The notes under the pieces are model-generated. The model ran no database searches. It was not told the origin of the DNA and saw only the letters and a program-made list of their open reading frames with translations. From contig JBHLKY010000003.1 in assembly GCA_048886185.1 (NCBI GenBank), positions 225,553 to 257,552 of the forward strand: a stretch of 32,000 nt of DNA, given 5' to 3'. Of this stretch, positions 1 through 10,426 are shown in pieces; positions within the stretch are counted from its first letter, which is position 1, and every line of letters begins with the position of its first letter. Source of the DNA: Candidatus Hermodarchaeota archaeon. GTDB taxonomy: Archaea; Asgardarchaeota; Heimdallarchaeia; Hodarchaeales; Hodarchaeaceae. The translations under genes and the position numbers were made by a program.

Positions 1-357
1 TCTACCATCTTACCCCAGCACAGGAATTCTTGATCTATACTATACTCTCCATACACAAAGACGTTCTTTAATTGGCGAACTGGGAAAAAGCTGGAAAATA
101 AATGACAAATAAGGGAATGATTGAAAAAATTAGACTCTTGGCTACTATGAGGCAAGGTGACCTGTAATCAAATACTTTATCTTAGAATATGCCCAGGTAC
201 CTTTTAAACAACTGAATTCAACCTATTCATGGGATATCTATAATTCTGGATAATAAAACTTCTTATAGTTCTGATTCAAAGTGACAAAGGGAGTACCAAT
301 ATGGTATGGCTCCTTCATATAAGGATAGTTGAAATGAGAGACATCTTCTTGGGAATC

Positions 358-1410
358 TTATTTTTTGGAAAAAGCCTGAAAACGCTTTAATACAGGGATT
401 GAGACCAAAACTGCCACGAGAGTAACGAATCCTGATCGCCAGGTAATTCCAGAAGAAAAATCAGTTGATTCCGAGACAATGGATTCATGGGTCACGCCAG
501 AAACAAAATCCGTTGTTTCAGTGAGCTTGGATTCAAGAGTAACGGAAGGAGTTATGGACTGATCAAAATAATGAAAAATCAGTGTATTTGTGAAATCTAA
601 TAATGAGTCGAGAAAAGAACTCGCAACAGGGATGGTACAGATACGTTGCCCTGAACAGGTATCATCATCAACCCGCTCGCGTATTTTTGTTTGCAAAGTT
701 GCATTCCAAGTAATGGTCAGAGTATTCTGATATCCCCCTCCATCACACATAGCATCTGGAGTCCAATACTTCCAAGATTGCCACCGGTGGGCTAGATTAG
801 TCAGTAAATAATTACACCACTCTCCCCATTCAGAATACAAAATCTTTACTCGAAGAGAAAAGGGGGACGGATAAGGAAAATAGTCAGGGTTAAGATCTTG
901 ATAGTTATATCCATAATTTAAGAATTTATAGTCTATAAACGCTGAACCATTAGCAAAGTAAGAAGCACTCAAACGACTCGCACCGAACCAGCAATTAAAT
1001 TTATCATACACAAGCTGTAACTTGACAGGCCCATCTACAGGGAGGGGAGGAGAAGACCAGGATAGATTATATAGACCAATGAGGTTAGAGTTAACAAAAA
1101 AAGCTATACTCCCACTCCCATCCGAAGATAGGGGAGTATCGAACCAATATAAGCGTCTTGCTCCCGAAGAGAGCGCGAGAGTGTCACTAAAGCCCCATGA
1201 CGTGAGAATAGAGACATTGAGAGCTTAATCCTTTGTTACAAGGAAAATGGGAAAAAATTGTGTTGTGATAACATTATTAACCATCCAAGTGATCTCAAAC
1301 TCCTCAGAGGTTAATGTCATGGTTTCTAAGTCGCCTTTAGACCAGATTAATAAGCCCGAGAGAAAGATACCAACAATAAAAATTGAAAAAATGGCACGGG
1401 ACCCCCGTAT
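358..1410 (-). pseudogene. Secreted, C-terminally anchored hypothetical protein interrupted by an in-frame TAA (ORF track shows only 358-1011)
   Basis: The frame of 358-1011 stays open to 1224, has TAA at 1227-1225, then is open again to a signal-peptide-like start (ATA-RGSRAIFSIFIVGIFLSGLLIWSKG, 1410) preceded by AGGAGG. The C-terminus has an S/T linker, TM segment and KR tail. Confidence 0.6.
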
Positions 1411-1511
1411 CTTTAGCTCCTCCTAATTTCTTTCAGAACTTACTTCCATAGTGATGAAATAAGGAATTATCATTAATAAATCAATTGATAGATGTAATTC
1501 TGAAACACAAC

Positions 1512-1620
1512 AAAAACAGACAGATATTAGGCCGATTTGCTCATCTAAGAAGATTGACACTCCTGAAGCCAAATGACGATAGGTACGCAAAATTTCCAAA
1601 CGGTTAACCCTTGCACGATC
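1512..1620 (+). repeat. Intergenic repeat copy R1 (degenerate, full length)
   Basis: cagatattaggccga...actcctgaagcc...tgacgatagg...aatttccaaacggttaaccc. Confidence 0.85.
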
Positions 1621-1670
1621 AGTAGGGGACTAATTATACTTATAAGATTACCTCATAAACAATGAAAGGC

Positions 1671-2273
1671 TCATTTATTATAATTTTTTCCAATACTAAA
1701 GGCTTTAGCAATGGAGTTTCCTAAAATCCAATATTCCCCTGATCCAATTAATAAGGGGTTGACTTTTTTGATATCTGCGGAACATCTAGCTATATTGCTG
1801 CCAGTAAGATATTGCTCTCCAATATATGCCTCAACTATCTCAGCAAAGAAGATATCTCCCTCAGGAAATACATCAGATAAATGTTTAATAACTTGGCATT
1901 CAAAGTTTATTGGACATTCCATGATCATAGGTGCCGATCTGAGTGTCCCATAGAAAGACTGGAAAACTGTTGACTTATCTACATTGTGTCCCGAAACAGT
2001 ACCACAATAATCAGTTACTTGGACTAATTCCGCTGAAGGGATATTCACACTAAAAGACTTATTTCCTTTGATACCTTGAGTTGTATAGTGTTGTTTTGCA
2101 GTAGAAATATAGATGGTTGGGGGAGCAGATATCCGAAGCACCCCAAAATTACCAATCACATTATATGTAGGTTTATTGTTGACATTAGCGCCAATTAATA
2201 TAATTGGCATAGCAGGTAGTATTAACTGGGGACCACATTTGATTTTTTCACTACTCTCATTGGTAATATTCAC
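1671..2273 (-). CDS. Flavin reductase family protein (FMN-binding split barrel, flavoredoxin-like)
   Basis: PMPIILIGA, SFSVNIPS, DYCGTVSG, APMIMECPINFECQV, FFAEIV motifs; GTG start with GGAGG upstream. Confidence 0.9.
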   Translation of the reverse strand: MNITNESSEKIKCGPQLILPAMPIILIGANVNNKPTYNVIGNFGVLRISAPPTIYISTAKQHYTTQGIKGNKSFSVNIPSAELVQVTDYCGTVSGHNVDKSTVFQSFYGTLRSAPMIMECPINFECQVIKHLSDVFPEGDIFFAEIVEAYIGEQYLTGSNIARCSADIKKVNPLLIGSGEYWILGNSIAKAFSIGKNYNK

Positions 2274-2417
2274 AAGTCAACCTCCATAGATGCAAGACCA
2301 TATCATATCAGTTAATTCTGGGACATTGTACTTTTAAATTTTGAACATAACCAAGAAAAAATGGTTATTAGCCATCTCATTAACCATTCCCCGAAAACCC
2401 CAAAAACCTTCAAATAT

Positions 2418-2520
2418 GATACAGATTCACTCATACAAGACACTACTGGCTCCTTACGCCATCTGATAATAATTCCATTGAATTTCCACAATTTTTGAGA
2501 AAATTAGCCGTGTACGATTA
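2418..2520 (+). repeat. Intergenic repeat copy R2 (degenerate)
   Basis: tacaagacactactggctccttacgccatctgata...gaatttccacaatttttgagaaaattagccgtgtacgatta; the terminal tta is the stop codon of the 2518-3168 gene. Confidence 0.75.
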
Positions 2521-3168
2521 GTGGTCTTTAGATTTATTTCGTCGTTTTAGCAGCACAAAGGAAGTACAGAGAAGAAGAAGAAACTGCCATCTAAGTGAAG
2601 AACTAGTCGTAATCGTGGCTAATTCAGTCGTGGTTGAGGTAAAACGTGAGGAAGTAGGTAATGGCCAGGTGGGGAGACTGTGAAAAAGACCCTGGGAACT
2701 GAATGAAGTCCAGAAAATACCCATGTTTACAGTTGTGATCTTTACATAAAATAGTCCATCATCTATGAAATTAGTGTTCGACGATCCGTTTATAAGAAAA
2801 GCGTGAGAGTTACCAGACAAGAGTGTGATAGAGGGGGATAAATCAATAATTACACGAGTATAATTCCAAGTTTGGCCATAGGAAGTGATTACCTGAGTAA
2901 TTTCAAGCTTGGTTAATTCAGTTGGGATCTCACCGTTATAATGGAGACGAAAAACTACTTGTCGAAAGGAAGGGATATCACCAGGACTAATAGTACCAGT
3001 ATAATTGGGGGGAATGGGTACTCCAATATCACACATAAAATCTAAATGGCCAACAACCTCTCCCTGAAATACTGAATCCGTACCAGTAACAGAACCAATG
3101 AAAAGTAAAAAAGTACAACTGAAAAGGCATATTTGGAGGAAAAAGAGTGGACGGGCTTCCATTTTCAT
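2518..3168 (-). CDS. Secreted, C-terminally anchored hypothetical protein (paralog of 25070-25690)
   Basis: N-terminal signal peptide, T/S-rich linker, TM segment and KRRNK tail; GAGGAG upstream; N-terminus nearly identical to 25070-25690. Confidence 0.85.
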   Translation of the reverse strand: MKMEARPLFFLQICLFSCTFLLFIGSVTGTDSVFQGEVVGHLDFMCDIGVPIPPNYTGTISPGDIPSFRQVVFRLHYNGEIPTELTKLEITQVITSYGQTWNYTRVIIDLSPSITLLSGNSHAFLINGSSNTNFIDDGLFYVKITTVNMGIFWTSFSSQGLFHSLPTWPLPTSSRFTSTTTELATITTSSSLRWQFLLLLCTSFVLLKRRNKSKDH

Positions 3169-3254
3169 TCACTCCTCACTCTAGGGATAATATCGGGGAA
3201 GAATTATATAAAATTTGTTATTCCCGAAAGAATTCCATTTCCCAAAAATAAATC

Positions 3255-3367
3255 AAAAGCCTACAGAGATTAGACCGAACCTGCTCTAACAGAAGCTACT
3301 AACTCCTTACAACCATCTGAGACAAGAAACATCTCAATTTTCACCTAGTCGCCATTATACGATTAAT
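3255..3367 (+). repeat. Intergenic repeat copy R3
   Basis: aaaagcctacagagattagaccgaac...gctctaacagaagctactaactcct...ccatctga; right half degenerate, ends atacgattaat. Confidence 0.85.
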
Positions 3368-3488
3368 GGGATACAACTTTAAACAATTAAACTCAGTTAA
3401 CAAAAGATCCTAAACAGTTAGTACAAGCTGAATTTTAACATAATTTCCCCATGAAGCGAGGTTACAACTTTTCAAACTTAAAAGATTC

Positions 3489-4391
3489 TTGGAAAGGAAA
3501 ACCGCAATAATGAAACGTGTAATTATCAATATGGATCCTGGAATGGGAGTAAAGTATCGGGACATAGATGATGGTATAGCACTCCTTTATCTCATGACTT
3601 CACCTGATATTTCAATTGAAGGTATTACAATCAATTTTGGAAATACTCCTTCAGAACAGGGGTATCAGATAGCACGAACACTTCTAAAGATGACAAAAAG
3701 CACTATTCCTTTATTTAAGGGATCACAATCAAAGGCTGACTTGGGAAAACTCAATCCCTCAGTTGAATATTTAATAAAAACAGTGATTGAAAATCCAGGA
3801 GAGATTTCTTTATTAGCTACAGCACCCCTGACCAATATTGCAACAGCAATGATGTATGAAGAGGAATTTATGGACAATCTATCTGACCTAATTATTATGG
3901 GAGGGACATTAAAATTCAGACCATTTTCATTTTTTGGAGAATTTAATTTCCACTTAGACGCTAAAGCAGCAGCATTAGTATGTACAACCCCTATTCATAA
4001 GACATTAATTACTATGGATGTCTGTTCACAAACCGTTTTCCAACAACAGCATTTAAACAAGCTAAAACAAAAAACGACAATTGTTTCCAAATATCTAATG
4101 AAAATTATTCCTCATTGGTTGGAACTAAACAAAAAAATTTTTTGGAGGGCCAAAGGGTTTTTTCCATGGGATGTAGTAGCTGCGCTTTATTTAACAGATG
4201 ACCATTTATTTGATAGGAACCCATACACTTTGTCAATTCGTGAAACTGGTGTCCGCTCTGGTAGTATTCAAAATGTCATCCCCCGTGATAGTTTTAAGTC
4301 AATTAATGGACGGATACCCCTTAATATTCCTCTTCAGTTGAAATACAATTTGGCTATGGAAAAAATTATCTCCACATTATATGACTTTTAA
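3489..4391 (+). CDS. Inosine/uridine-preferring nucleoside hydrolase family protein
   Basis: N-terminal MDPG...DIDDGIAL Asp motif, APLTNIA, EFNFHLD, FPWD; probable ATG start at 3510. Confidence 0.92.
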   Translation: MERKTAIMKRVIINMDPGMGVKYRDIDDGIALLYLMTSPDISIEGITINFGNTPSEQGYQIARTLLKMTKSTIPLFKGSQSKADLGKLNPSVEYLIKTVIENPGEISLLATAPLTNIATAMMYEEEFMDNLSDLIIMGGTLKFRPFSFFGEFNFHLDAKAAALVCTTPIHKTLITMDVCSQTVFQQQHLNKLKQKTTIVSKYLMKIIPHWLELNKKIFWRAKGFFPWDVVAALYLTDDHLFDRNPYTLSIRETGVRSGSIQNVIPRDSFKSINGRIPLNIPLQLKYNLAMEKIISTLYDF

Positions 4392-4450
4392 CATACTAGA
4401 AGCTAAATTGATAAGAGATATTTTTTCCTTAATTTAGATTTCGAAGTTAA

Positions 4451-4538
4451 ACACAGACCGAATGCTCTCTACTTGAAGCAAACGACTCCTGAAGTTATCT
4501 GACGAAAGGCCCACTTAATTTCCGCACGACTAGCCCTT
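4451..4538 (+). repeat. Intergenic repeat copy R4
   Basis: cagaccgaatgctctctacttgaagcaaacgactcctgaagttatctgacgaaaggcccacttaatttccgcacgactagccc; overlaps the TAG stop of 4530-6161. Confidence 0.9.
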
Positions 4539-6161
4539 ACGCCTTCGGATTACATTCACTAATGTCACTACAAATAATGTGATGACACCCATTTCAAAAA
4601 TCTGGAGAAAAAATTGCAGCAATGAGGGAAATCCTGGGGAGATGAAGTGAGAACCGCTCGATGAGCTGCATGAGGAAATCATTGCCTTGGTTGTAGTATT
4701 GATAAAGCCATTATCAGGTGTGGGTTGGATTGAAGAATGAGGAGACAAAATATTAGACGTAGGGTCTCCATTCTCAAATATAAAGATAGCTCCAGAGGTG
4801 GTTGCATACCAAAAGCCTTGAGTACAACTAGCATTGACTCGGATGAGATACTGAGTTCCATTCCCCACAGTGGTACTATCCCAGATATATGACGTTGTGC
4901 TGAGGTTTGCAATTAAGATGATCCAGGAGATGCCCTTATCTGTGGAATAGGAAACCAAATAAGTGATTGGATGACTATTTAAATCAGTTGCAGGAGTCCA
5001 TTGGAGTGTGATGTTCCCTGAAAAAATTGGTCCACCGCTAGGACTAATGATTACAGCAGGTAGGAGATGATAGGGAGTAACTAAAGGCGAAAGATCTGAA
5101 TTAGTTTCTATTCCTGGAATGGGATAAGGTTGATCAACAATCCCATCCATATTAGCATCAGGAGTGATCCAGTCATCCCAAAAGTTATCTGAAAAATGAT
5201 TATTTGAACCCTGGTCTGCCGTTTGGGATCCCCCCCTATTATTTCCTAAGAACATATTGGCTTGAATCTTGTTGTTATTACTTCTATGTGTAAGCTCCAC
5301 CCCATAATCACTGTTGTTGGCAAAATAGTTGCCAGAGAGAATATTTCTCGAAGATTGAAGGTAAATACCACTTCCACTGTTGTTAATGATCATGTTTCCA
5401 GACAGGATACCATATCCAGAACCATCTAGGTAAATACCAAGCTCATTATTGTTACTAATGGTATTTCCCGTCAACAGACAATATATACCAACTAGATCAA
5501 TTCCCCAATAATTATTGGAAACAAAGTTGTTGGATAAAGAGATACCCCTAGATTGAAGAATTTGAATACCCATTTCAGTGTTATTAGCGATAATGTTACT
5601 TGATAAATGAGTATTAACACAGAAACGAAGGACAATTCCTCTTCCATTGATATTAGCGATAGTATTATTAGACATACCGATATTTTCAGAGTAGCTAATA
5701 AAAATTCCAAAGCCGTGATTAATGACTATATTCGACAAAATGTATCCATTTGTAACATTCTGAAAATAAATACCATAATATCCGCCATTTAAAACACAAT
5801 TGCGGATTTGAAAATAAACATCAGTATTACTAATTTCTATCAATCTCCTGGTTGGGTAGCCAGTAATATTAAGACCATCAATGATGAACGGAGCTGACGG
5901 GGTTCCCTCTCCAGTCCAGTTCTCTTCTTCTATAAGAGTTTTGAACTCTTCATTTCCATTAATTGAGAGAGGTGAATGGATTACATGTTGAATTAAGACT
6001 GGAGTAGATGGTTGGTTATTATTTTTCCCAATGTTGATTCTTGAAGACCATCCAGAGGACATCACATTAATTGGACAGAGAAAAGAAATGAAAAACAGAA
6101 TCACTGAGATTTTGGTAAAAAACATTTTACTATGAATGAGCTGTTTTAACTCTAGGTACAA
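4530..6161 (-). CDS. Surface protein with NosD/CASH right-handed beta-helix repeats, Ig/FN3-like domain and C-terminal anchor
   Basis: Repeated NNxIxNN-GIxL units, SINGNEEF...GEGTPSAPFII, NFWDDW, TLQWTPATD...YLVSYS, TM segment with RRRKG tail. Confidence 0.88.
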   Translation of the reverse strand: MYLELKQLIHSKMFFTKISVILFFISFLCPINVMSSGWSSRINIGKNNNQPSTPVLIQHVIHSPLSINGNEEFKTLIEEENWTGEGTPSAPFIIDGLNITGYPTRRLIEISNTDVYFQIRNCVLNGGYYGIYFQNVTNGYILSNIVINHGFGIFISYSENIGMSNNTIANINGRGIVLRFCVNTHLSSNIIANNTEMGIQILQSRGISLSNNFVSNNYWGIDLVGIYCLLTGNTISNNNELGIYLDGSGYGILSGNMIINNSGSGIYLQSSRNILSGNYFANNSDYGVELTHRSNNNKIQANMFLGNNRGGSQTADQGSNNHFSDNFWDDWITPDANMDGIVDQPYPIPGIETNSDLSPLVTPYHLLPAVIISPSGGPIFSGNITLQWTPATDLNSHPITYLVSYSTDKGISWIILIANLSTTSYIWDSTTVGNGTQYLIRVNASCTQGFWYATTSGAIFIFENGDPTSNILSPHSSIQPTPDNGFINTTTKAMISSCSSSSGSHFISPGFPSLLQFFLQIFEMGVITLFVVTLVNVIRRRKG

Positions 6162-6258
6162 ATTCTTCCCATCTCAATAATCAGGAATTAGCTTTTCTAC
6201 TATAAGAAGATTCTGAAAATGAAGAAATATGTTAGAAATTCTTTAGCTAAAATGGGTA

Positions 6259-7077
6259 TCAAATTTCTTTAGAAAAGGGTTTGTCCTTAAACAACTCTGA
6301 TCTAGCTTTTAATACTTTTAGAGTTAAATCGTAAAAAATTTGGCTAGTAATTTTTTTATCGCTTGGTTTAATCTCATAATACGAAAATCCCATCTCTTCT
6401 ACTAGTGACTGTTCATCTGTAATAATCTCTTCAAAAAGCTCTTCTTTAGTAGGATGTAGAGACCTGTCGTTTTGAATCTTGAGAAAAGTGGGTGTATAAA
6501 CCTCCTTCATGATAAATCCTACTATTGCAATAGGAATTGAAAGGTGAATACTTTTAATTTCTTTGTACCAATCGTTCACTGCATTGAAAGAATCTCTATT
6601 GCTCTTATCAAAAGTAATAACAGCTGCTGATCCATGATAATAACTTAGTTGGCATTTTCTAAAAAACTCTTGACTAGCTATATCCATGAGTATTAGCTTA
6701 ATATTGTTACCATCTACCTGAATCTGTTTGGTCATAATGTCCACTCCCTGAGTAGGTAAATGATTAGTAGTAAATTTCCCTTCAGCATAGCTCCGAACCC
6801 AGTTATTCTTCAACTCACTTGGATAACCTATTAGACAGATTTTCAACAATTCTTTAGGGGGATAACAAGCCTTACAGGCCAAATTTAAACACTTAATTTT
6901 CTCTCCCCTTCTGTTTCTAAAAAACTCTTTGAATCTAGCCCCACAAAACAAACATTCTTGCCGTCTAATCCACCCTCTTTGTGAAATTAAGGTGATACAG
7001 AACTCACACGTGTGTCTTTGACAGCGAGAACACTGAATAAGAAAAGTATCCCTTCCACAGATCTGGCATTGATTCAT
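6259..7077 (-). CDS. Cys-rich zinc-finger fused to a Rab-like small GTPase domain with degenerate G-motifs
   Basis: CxxC pairs at the N-terminus; LKICLIG, PTQGVD...KLILMDIASQEFF, YYHGSAAVITFD..NRDSF..VNDWYKEI resemble Rab/Ras; GKS/T and NKxD are absent. Confidence 0.8.
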   Translation of the reverse strand: MNQCQICGRDTFLIQCSRCQRHTCEFCITLISQRGWIRRQECLFCGARFKEFFRNRRGEKIKCLNLACKACYPPKELLKICLIGYPSELKNNWVRSYAEGKFTTNHLPTQGVDIMTKQIQVDGNNIKLILMDIASQEFFRKCQLSYYHGSAAVITFDKSNRDSFNAVNDWYKEIKSIHLSIPIAIVGFIMKEVYTPTFLKIQNDRSLHPTKEELFEEIITDEQSLVEEMGFSYYEIKPSDKKITSQIFYDLTLKVLKARSELFKDKPFSKEI

Positions 7078-7264
7078 ATTTTCCCTTCTTTTATATATCC
7101 AACAAAATTCCCTTTTCGTAATTTAAGGTGCCTATTGTAATAAAAGATTATCTCGAGAATCTCTCAGAGTTTCTAGAAGATATTTCCTCGATTTTGAACT
7201 GGAGATAAGAAATTTCTAATTTTTTGTCGGAATTCCAACATTATTCCCTAAAATACAATCTTAT

Positions 7265-7376
7265 CAGACAGAAACCAAATCATTTCTGCTTTAATTGAAA
7301 TAAACGACTTATAAAGCCACCAGACGATAGCTTTTCTCATAAATCTTAATTTCCACAATTTTTAAGAAAATTAGCA
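7265..7376 (+). repeat. Intergenic repeat copy R5 (left half degenerate)
   Basis: aaacgacttataaagccaccagacgatagctt...tcttaatttccacaatttttaagaaaattagc. Confidence 0.85.
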
Positions 7377-7601
7377 CTTGAACTCAATGAACATTATTGT
7401 TTAGAGACATTTCGAAAGCGTTTCAGTATAGAGATTAAGACTAACACAACTAAAAGAGGGATGAATAAGCCTTTTATACTTGATAGGTCCTATTATCATA
7501 AACAATTACATCAGTTAGCTGAAACGAGACCCATAGGGAGACAGGACAACCAGAATCTGTTATTACAGCAGAATTATTGATGCCAAACATATCGAAATAG
7601 T

Positions 7602-8243
7602 ATGGATGAAAACATTATGATAAGAACGGAAGGGTTTCTTCAATGGATTGAAGAGAGTTTTACAAGCCCACAGGAGTTTAGACTGACTTATTCAGGGGAA
7701 TTACCATATGGACGGAATTTCAATCTCCGTTTTAAGAGAACTAGTTCATTAATGAAAGGAAATCAATGGTACCTTTTCAAAGCATTACCCTCAGAACTAA
7801 CTGTTGAAACAGCTTATCAGCTTGCAGTGGAAAGAAATCAAGTAATAAAAGGAAAAAGCAAAATTCTCAAATTTTTAGTGGATTTTCTCGTGTTTATCTA
7901 TGTCTCTGAGAAATCCATACCTCAAAATGTCTTGGATTGCCTTGGAAATTTCTATTCGGTGAAAAAAAGGCATTTTCAGAATGTTCATGAAGTGAACTTC
8001 TTTCTAGATACTTCAACTGGATATTACACCAAACCCAAACGAACAGGGTATTTTGGGTGGATTCCGTTAAAGAGATTGATAGGAGAGGTTGAAAGGTTTA
8101 TTTTTGAACCTTACAACCAATGGATTCAGTCAAATCAAGGAAGTAAGGAACAAATCGCAAACTTTTGTCATAATTGTGGACAAAAAAACACTGACAAGTA
8201 TAAATACTGTGAGAAATGTGGAGCGAATCTCGTGTCCCAGTAA
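7602..8243 (+). CDS. Hypothetical protein with C-terminal double zinc ribbon
   Basis: FCHNCGQK...YCEKCGANL at the C-terminus. Confidence 0.8.
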   Translation: MDENIMIRTEGFLQWIEESFTSPQEFRLTYSGELPYGRNFNLRFKRTSSLMKGNQWYLFKALPSELTVETAYQLAVERNQVIKGKSKILKFLVDFLVFIYVSEKSIPQNVLDCLGNFYSVKKRHFQNVHEVNFFLDTSTGYYTKPKRTGYFGWIPLKRLIGEVERFIFEPYNQWIQSNQGSKEQIANFCHNCGQKNTDKYKYCEKCGANLVSQ

Positions 8244-8373
8244 CATAGAGAACATACCAAAACAAAACCAATTTTTCAGAAAATGAGTATTGGCGCGATT
8301 AGTGTTAAACATGTTGGTCGAAATTATTGTCCAAAATCTCAATTCTAAAGAAAAATCACGAGGTTAACAAAGG

Positions 8374-8398
8374 TTATATATCTATATATGTAGATATA
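8374..8398 (+). promoter_or_regulatory. TATA-like box overlapping an 8-bp inverted repeat (candidate vapBC autoregulatory operator)
   Basis: TTATATA at 8374-8380; TATATCTA-N6-TAGATATA at 8377-8398, just upstream of vapB. Confidence 0.45.
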
Positions 8399-8410
8399 GA
8401 CTGAAGAAGA

Positions 8411-8653
8411 ATGGTATCTAAAACAATCTCAGTAACCGAAGAGGTATATATGCTCCTCAAACGAATGAAATTACCTCACGAAAGCTTTGGAGAGACGATC
8501 GAAAGATTATGCAAGAATTTTACAACAGAAAACTTGCTAAAATGGTATGAAAACACAGATGGGTGGAAAGACATGACTAACGAGGAGTTCCATGAAATCG
8601 ATGAGGTAATAACAGATTTCGGAAAGAATTTTAAGCCCCAGAAAGCGGATTAA
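8411..8653 (+). CDS. vapB: Archaeal VapB-family antitoxin
   Basis: KTISVTEEVYMLLKRMKLPHESFGETIERL signature; directly upstream of a PIN gene. Confidence 0.88.
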   Translation: MVSKTISVTEEVYMLLKRMKLPHESFGETIERLCKNFTTENLLKWYENTDGWKDMTNEEFHEIDEVITDFGKNFKPQKAD

Positions 8654-8655
8654 CA

Positions 8656-9069
8656 ATGATCTTGGTTGATAGTACATTTTTAATTGATGCATTACGAAAA
8701 AAGCCCAATGTGCGAAAATTCCTACAAAAAAATCCAACAGAGATATTATTTACGACAGAAATAAATGTTTTTGAGTTATATCTAGGATTACATTCAAGTA
8801 AGATCCTAGAAAAAGAGGTAGCTCTTTTCGCAAAACGAAAACAACCTCTGGAAGAATTGATCACGAAATTCCAAGTACTCTCATTTAGAAGAGGGGAAGC
8901 AATAGAATCAGCAAAAATTCTAGGAAAACTGTATAGATCGGGGAAACCAATTGAGTTTCGTGATGGGCTAATTGCAGGGATAGCTATTGCAAATGGTATA
9001 AAGAAAGTACTGACAAGGAATACTGACCATTTTAGACGAATTAAAGAGATTGAAGTACTATCCTATTGA
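8656..9069 (+). CDS. vapC: PIN-domain VapC toxin
   Basis: ILVDSTFLID, EINVFEL, DGLIAGIA, TRNTDHF motifs. Confidence 0.93.
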   Translation: MILVDSTFLIDALRKKPNVRKFLQKNPTEILFTTEINVFELYLGLHSSKILEKEVALFAKRKQPLEELITKFQVLSFRRGEAIESAKILGKLYRSGKPIEFRDGLIAGIAIANGIKKVLTRNTDHFRRIKEIEVLSY

Positions 9070-9084
9070 AGACAAAAACACACT

Positions 9085-9186
9085 AAAAAGTGGACAGATG
9101 TTAGACCGAAGGCGCTCTAGCAGAAATAAAGGACTCTTTAAACTACCTGACGAAAGGTTCGCTTAATTTCCACACGGGGAGCCCTT
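9085..9186 (+). repeat. Intergenic repeat copy R6
   Basis: aaaaagtggacagatgttagaccgaaggcgctctagcagaa...ggactc...acctgacgaaaggttcgcttaatttccacacggggagccc. Confidence 0.9.
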
Positions 9187-9206
9187 GGAGCAGCTAAAAA
9201 AGGATA

Positions 9207-9475
9207 TTACTTTGTTTGAGACTTTTGAATAATACCTACGACCATTCCAAGGAAAAATAAGACAGCTGCGGTATTCTGAATATGATATCCAGTAAATGAC
9301 GGAATAACAGGTTTGGAATTACTCCTAGTAACCTCCACAACAATATGGCGCTTAAGACTTCCGTTATGAATCAGAATGTTTGAATAATAATTACAGGAAC
9401 CAGAACTATCGTGTTAAAAAGAAGAAGAATCATTCCAAAGACAGCTGCTAGGATCAAACCCCTCTTTGATTTCAC
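9207..9475 (-). pseudogene. Probable degraded small membrane-protein gene
   Basis: GTG-KSKRGLILAAVFGMILLLFNTIVLVPVIIIQTF, then TGA (9373-9371) and further hydrophobic sequence needing a frameshift to reach ...AAVLFFLGMVVGIIQKSQTK*. Confidence 0.35.
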
Positions 9476-9766
9476 CCAACGCGCCACTCAAATATTGGAT
9501 GATTCATTAGAATAATAAAAGGCTGTCGAATAGTAAGTTCTATTCTCAGGACAGATACAACATTACACGACGTCAAACAGAAAGAGAGGGAAAGACAACA
9601 GTGTTACCATAATGAAATCGACCTTTTCATGAGCTTGAAGAATTAGTACAAGAATTTTTTGACTTATAAGACACTTTCTTTTTACCTATTAGTTTTATTC
9701 TGAATGGATTATTGGTTCTTATTGCTTATTGGTGAGATCTTCTTGATACTCCATTTATCACTGAAG

Positions 9767-10246
9767 TTAACCAGCCACTGCCAAATATCTGTCATAAACC
9801 CACCATACAATAAAAAATACACCAAAAATTATCCAATCAATAATCCAGAAGAGGGGAATCGGGAAATCAATTTGAAAAAGATCCCATAAGGGGGTCCAGA
9901 GTGGATCACCGAATTTCCATGTACCTTGAAAAAGGGCCTTAGTCAGCCAGTGGCCAATATCTTGAAAAAATTGGACTAAAAAAGCACCACCAATAGTCAA
10001 TAACCAATCAGTTTTCTCTCGGGTGAGGAATGGAACGATAGATAACATCAAAAAAATAAAAAACGCGTAAAGCATCCAATAGAACGGAAAATTATGGAGT
10101 TCATAATCCAAATAATAGACAAATGCCTGGGCTTCAATACCTCCAAGTAGTAAGGCAATCAAACCAGCCCAAATGATAATTATAGCCTTATCAAATCTAT
10201 CCAAGTCGATACGACGATTTTTCATTGCAGTTACACCTGATTTCAA
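9767..10246 (-). CDS. Hypothetical multi-pass membrane protein
   Basis: Four hydrophobic segments; probable ATG at 10225. Confidence 0.8.
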   Translation of the reverse strand: MKSGVTAMKNRRIDLDRFDKAIIIIWAGLIALLLGGIEAQAFVYYLDYELHNFPFYWMLYAFFIFLMLSIVPFLTREKTDWLLTIGGAFLVQFFQDIGHWLTKALFQGTWKFGDPLWTPLWDLFQIDFPIPLFWIIDWIIFGVFFIVWWVYDRYLAVAG

Positions 10247-10426
10247 ACAATAGTTATCAGTTTGAAATAATTGATTATAATTATAAGTGATTACTGCTGA
10301 AAAAAAGTGAAAAAAAGATAAAATCTAGTAAAAAAACACCTATTGTATTTTCCCCAAACCTCCATAAAATATGATTAGCAATGAAGGAAACACGTGAATT
10401 TAATAATTTACCCGAAAAAAAGACAT

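Noticed and set aside
1022-1228. 68-aa plus-strand ORF
   Set aside because: It is antisense to the unannotated 5' part of the 358-1410 pseudogene.
7414-7441. gaaagcgtttcagtatagagattaagac, resembling the repeat's left end
   Set aside because: Requires a 6-nt insertion and nothing downstream matches.
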